Source of the DNA: Chiloscyllium plagiosum
Taxonomy: Eukaryota
NCBI RefSeq assembly: GCF_004010195.1
Contig: NC_057719.1
Span: forward strand, 60,592,002-60,656,001
Length of the DNA stretch: 64,000 nucleotides
Direction: 5' to 3'
The translations under genes were made by a program, and so were the position numbers. Of this stretch, positions 61,505-64,000 are shown in pieces. How positions within the stretch are numbered: position 1 is the first letter of the stretch; each line of letters opens with the position of its first letter. The notes beneath the pieces are model-generated. The model made no database searches. It was not told the DNA's origin and saw only the letters and a list, made by a program, of their open reading frames with translations.

Positions 61505-63967
61505 GAAAAGAGATGACATCAGTGACAGTTTTGGAAACAATTGCTTTATGAGAAGTGGTATCATAGTCCAGGTGAAGTAAGAAGGGTTTTCAGAGAGCTT
61601 TTATTCATCCTACAGCAGGTAAAGATCAGTCTGCCAAATAAGAACAATGTCATCTTTATTAGCACTTTTATGACAGTATTACTGTTAGAGATGGGATCAT
61701 ATAGTCCTGCACATTCACAGAAAGATAAATTAGAGTGAGTGCCAGATCTTAAGACAACTCCTTATGTCTATTGCGCCCTTACAAATCCTGAAGGGCTGTC
61801 AAATGCATTTAGTTTTCACTTTCGCTGTGATTGCACAATGTTCGGCAGTTCCATTCTCCTCCTCTATGCAACTTTTTCACATTTTATCCATAAACACCAA
61901 TAGCTCCCCACTAATTTCCCATTAACTATACTCATGTGTCCCAGAACTTTCTAGTTTGTTGTGATGGCCATTTAAAATTACTAACTGTTGCTTCCCATAC
62001 TTAAATGAGCTCTGCAAAAAGCTCAAGGAGCAATTATTTGTTGGTGTGTGGATAACTAGCTCTGTACTTCTGCTAAAACTTTGAAAATCTAAATGCATCA
62101 TTGAGACATTCGGAATCAGTGATACCTTTCAATTGCCTGCTTTTCTGGGACCACCAGCATCTGATTATGCCTCCATGGTTGACTGAAAATCCCTTCATTG
62201 ATACATTTTCAGGTTCTCCACAACTTTAATTATAGTCAATTTTAATCAACCTGTTCAGATATTTTATGTCTCTCCCCCAGAGCAGAAGAAACTTGAACTC
62301 AGCCTTCTGGCTCAGACATACCCTGTGCTATAAGAGCCACAGACGACTTCAATTATATCATTGTGTTTGACCAAGTTCATGTTTCGTTCTCCATTTCCTT
62401 CATACCACTTTTTGATAAAGTCAAATTTATCAGTTCCTTTGACTTTTTTTTCCAGCCTACTTCTGGATGTTTTTGAAGATGTGGATCATATGCTCTTAGG
62501 AAATGTTTAGTGATCTCACAGGAATGGTCAAGGAATCTGAAGGTACTACTGTCAATCCATGTATTCTACCATTAACAAATTTAACTTATGTAATTTCTTG
62601 GCATATTTTTTATTTCTTAGCACCCAGGTGGCAGGGAAATTCACTTCTGTAAAGGGAAACATCAGCAAATACTTAAAGGTCACTTGCCATTCAAAAAAAA
62701 AGTTAACTCATAATTTCTGACATAACTGATTCTGCTCTTCTCCAATGAATTCATTTTAAAGAAAGAATCATCTGCACTGCTCATCATCTAGTTGCATTCA
62801 TCTATGGGAGAAATCCACTTAACCAATACATCTTCATAATTGCCTCCTCTGCTTCCAAAGGAAATGTATAAAAATAATATTAAGAACAGAAGTAACCATA
62901 GCACTAAAATCCATTACTGTACATGAAAACAAAGTCCTGAAAATTATCAGCAGGTAAATAGCACAGTATATGGGGACTGGCACTTGGTAAGAGTTGGGAA
63001 ATGATTTTCATTAGTAGTGTCAGCTTTTTGGAACTTCACAAGTTACTGCAATACTACTACACTCAGTGTTACTTCAAGGTAGGAAAGCACCAGAGATGCA
63101 ACCATTGTTCATAGCCATCACACTCAGAGAATACCACATTCATATAGCAAAGGACTCTTTGAGGTGTCAAAGTGACCAGATGAGCCGGAATTTTATTTTC
63201 TAACACAAATTTTGTTATTGAAATAACTGAGGTATAATTTAATATCTTCCTATTTCTGACTTCTGAGCTCTCTGGTCTGCTGCCTCTTTTTGCTGTACAT
63301 TCTGTGTGCTATGGAGAAGAAGGTCCACCCACACAATATGGGCAAATTGTGACTTTTCTGTCTCTGGTTGAAGATGCAAGCTTGGTCTCCCTATACTCTT
63401 CCTATTGTCCTTGTCCATGAACTTGCACTACAACACTTGGCTTTAGTACATGAGAAAGTAAGGGAAGTTGGGTTCACAGCTTGTGGCTCATCAAAAGCTG
63501 GCATGGAACAAAGCCATGTCCTCAAGGGAATGTGAGATACCAGGCCATATACAGATGGTCATGACCTACCTAATATTTAGAAGTGCCTGAATACCCCGAT
63601 GACTCTTGTGGAGAATGTCCAGACACAGAGCTTACAGTACAACTAACCTCTCAATTATAGATAAAAAACACACCAATAATATAGATGTGACCATGTTGTT
63701 CAAAATACTGCCACAGGACATGGTTGATGAGGGCATAACCTGGCCAGCTATCAAGACAATAGTGTTTGAATATCCATATATGTTTCATTCTGCATTTGAG
63801 TCCAATGAACTTTCTATGACATTTTCACTGTGACTGGAAAATAAGGCCCTCAAGTTTGTGAGAAAATTTATTCTCTTCCTTGTGTGGCCTGTTGATGGGT
63901 ATGCTTAATACAATGTTTGTAGCAGTCTGCTGTTTCCCCTGAAAATATTCCAAAACTGTAATGCAGA

Positions 63968-64000
63968 ACAACCTTGATTATCCGAACGAGATGGACGGGG
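63968..64000 (+). mobile_element. Possible Tigger/pogo-type terminal inverted repeat at the window edge
   Basis: cagaacaaccttgattatccgaac resembles CAGxxxAACCTCGATTATCCG-type TIRs; the partner would lie outside the window. Confidence 0.4.

Noticed and set aside
60700..61740. Purine-rich stretch, possibly an old L2 on the minus strand
   Set aside because: I could not recover a convincing protein motif.

Overview
Repeat-dominated, AT-rich eukaryotic draft sequence with four N gaps. The repeat repertoire (HE1-type V-SINEs, HER1/CR1 LINEs, Deu-domain SINEs) points to a cartilaginous fish, most likely a shark; this is recognition from memory, not a database result. I found no recognisable host protein-coding gene, so the window looks intronic or intergenic. 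Every interpretable ORF is a decayed transposon fragment: CR1, a second CR1/L2-group LINE, L2, two RTE lineages, Penelope-like elements (PLEs), a pogo/Tigger transposase, solo LTRs and a ~9.3 kb minus-strand Gypsy provirus. That provirus has the unusual Gmr1-type order PR-INT-RT-RH, a SCAN-like gag and a tRNA-Pro-like primer-binding site. The most notable signal is a set of at least eight very short (about 100-280 bp) PLE-terminal-repeat insertions. Most retain a minimal hammerhead-ribozyme-like core, several fold back as palindromes (up to a perfect 84-bp stem), and they carry 8-15 bp target-site duplications (mostly 12-14 bp). Other oddities are an inversion-plus-duplication inside a CR1 nested in the provirus gag, a four-element retroelement nest, a SINE-PLE-CR1 chimera and a 28-bp locally copied segment. 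Boundaries of old repeats are approximate.
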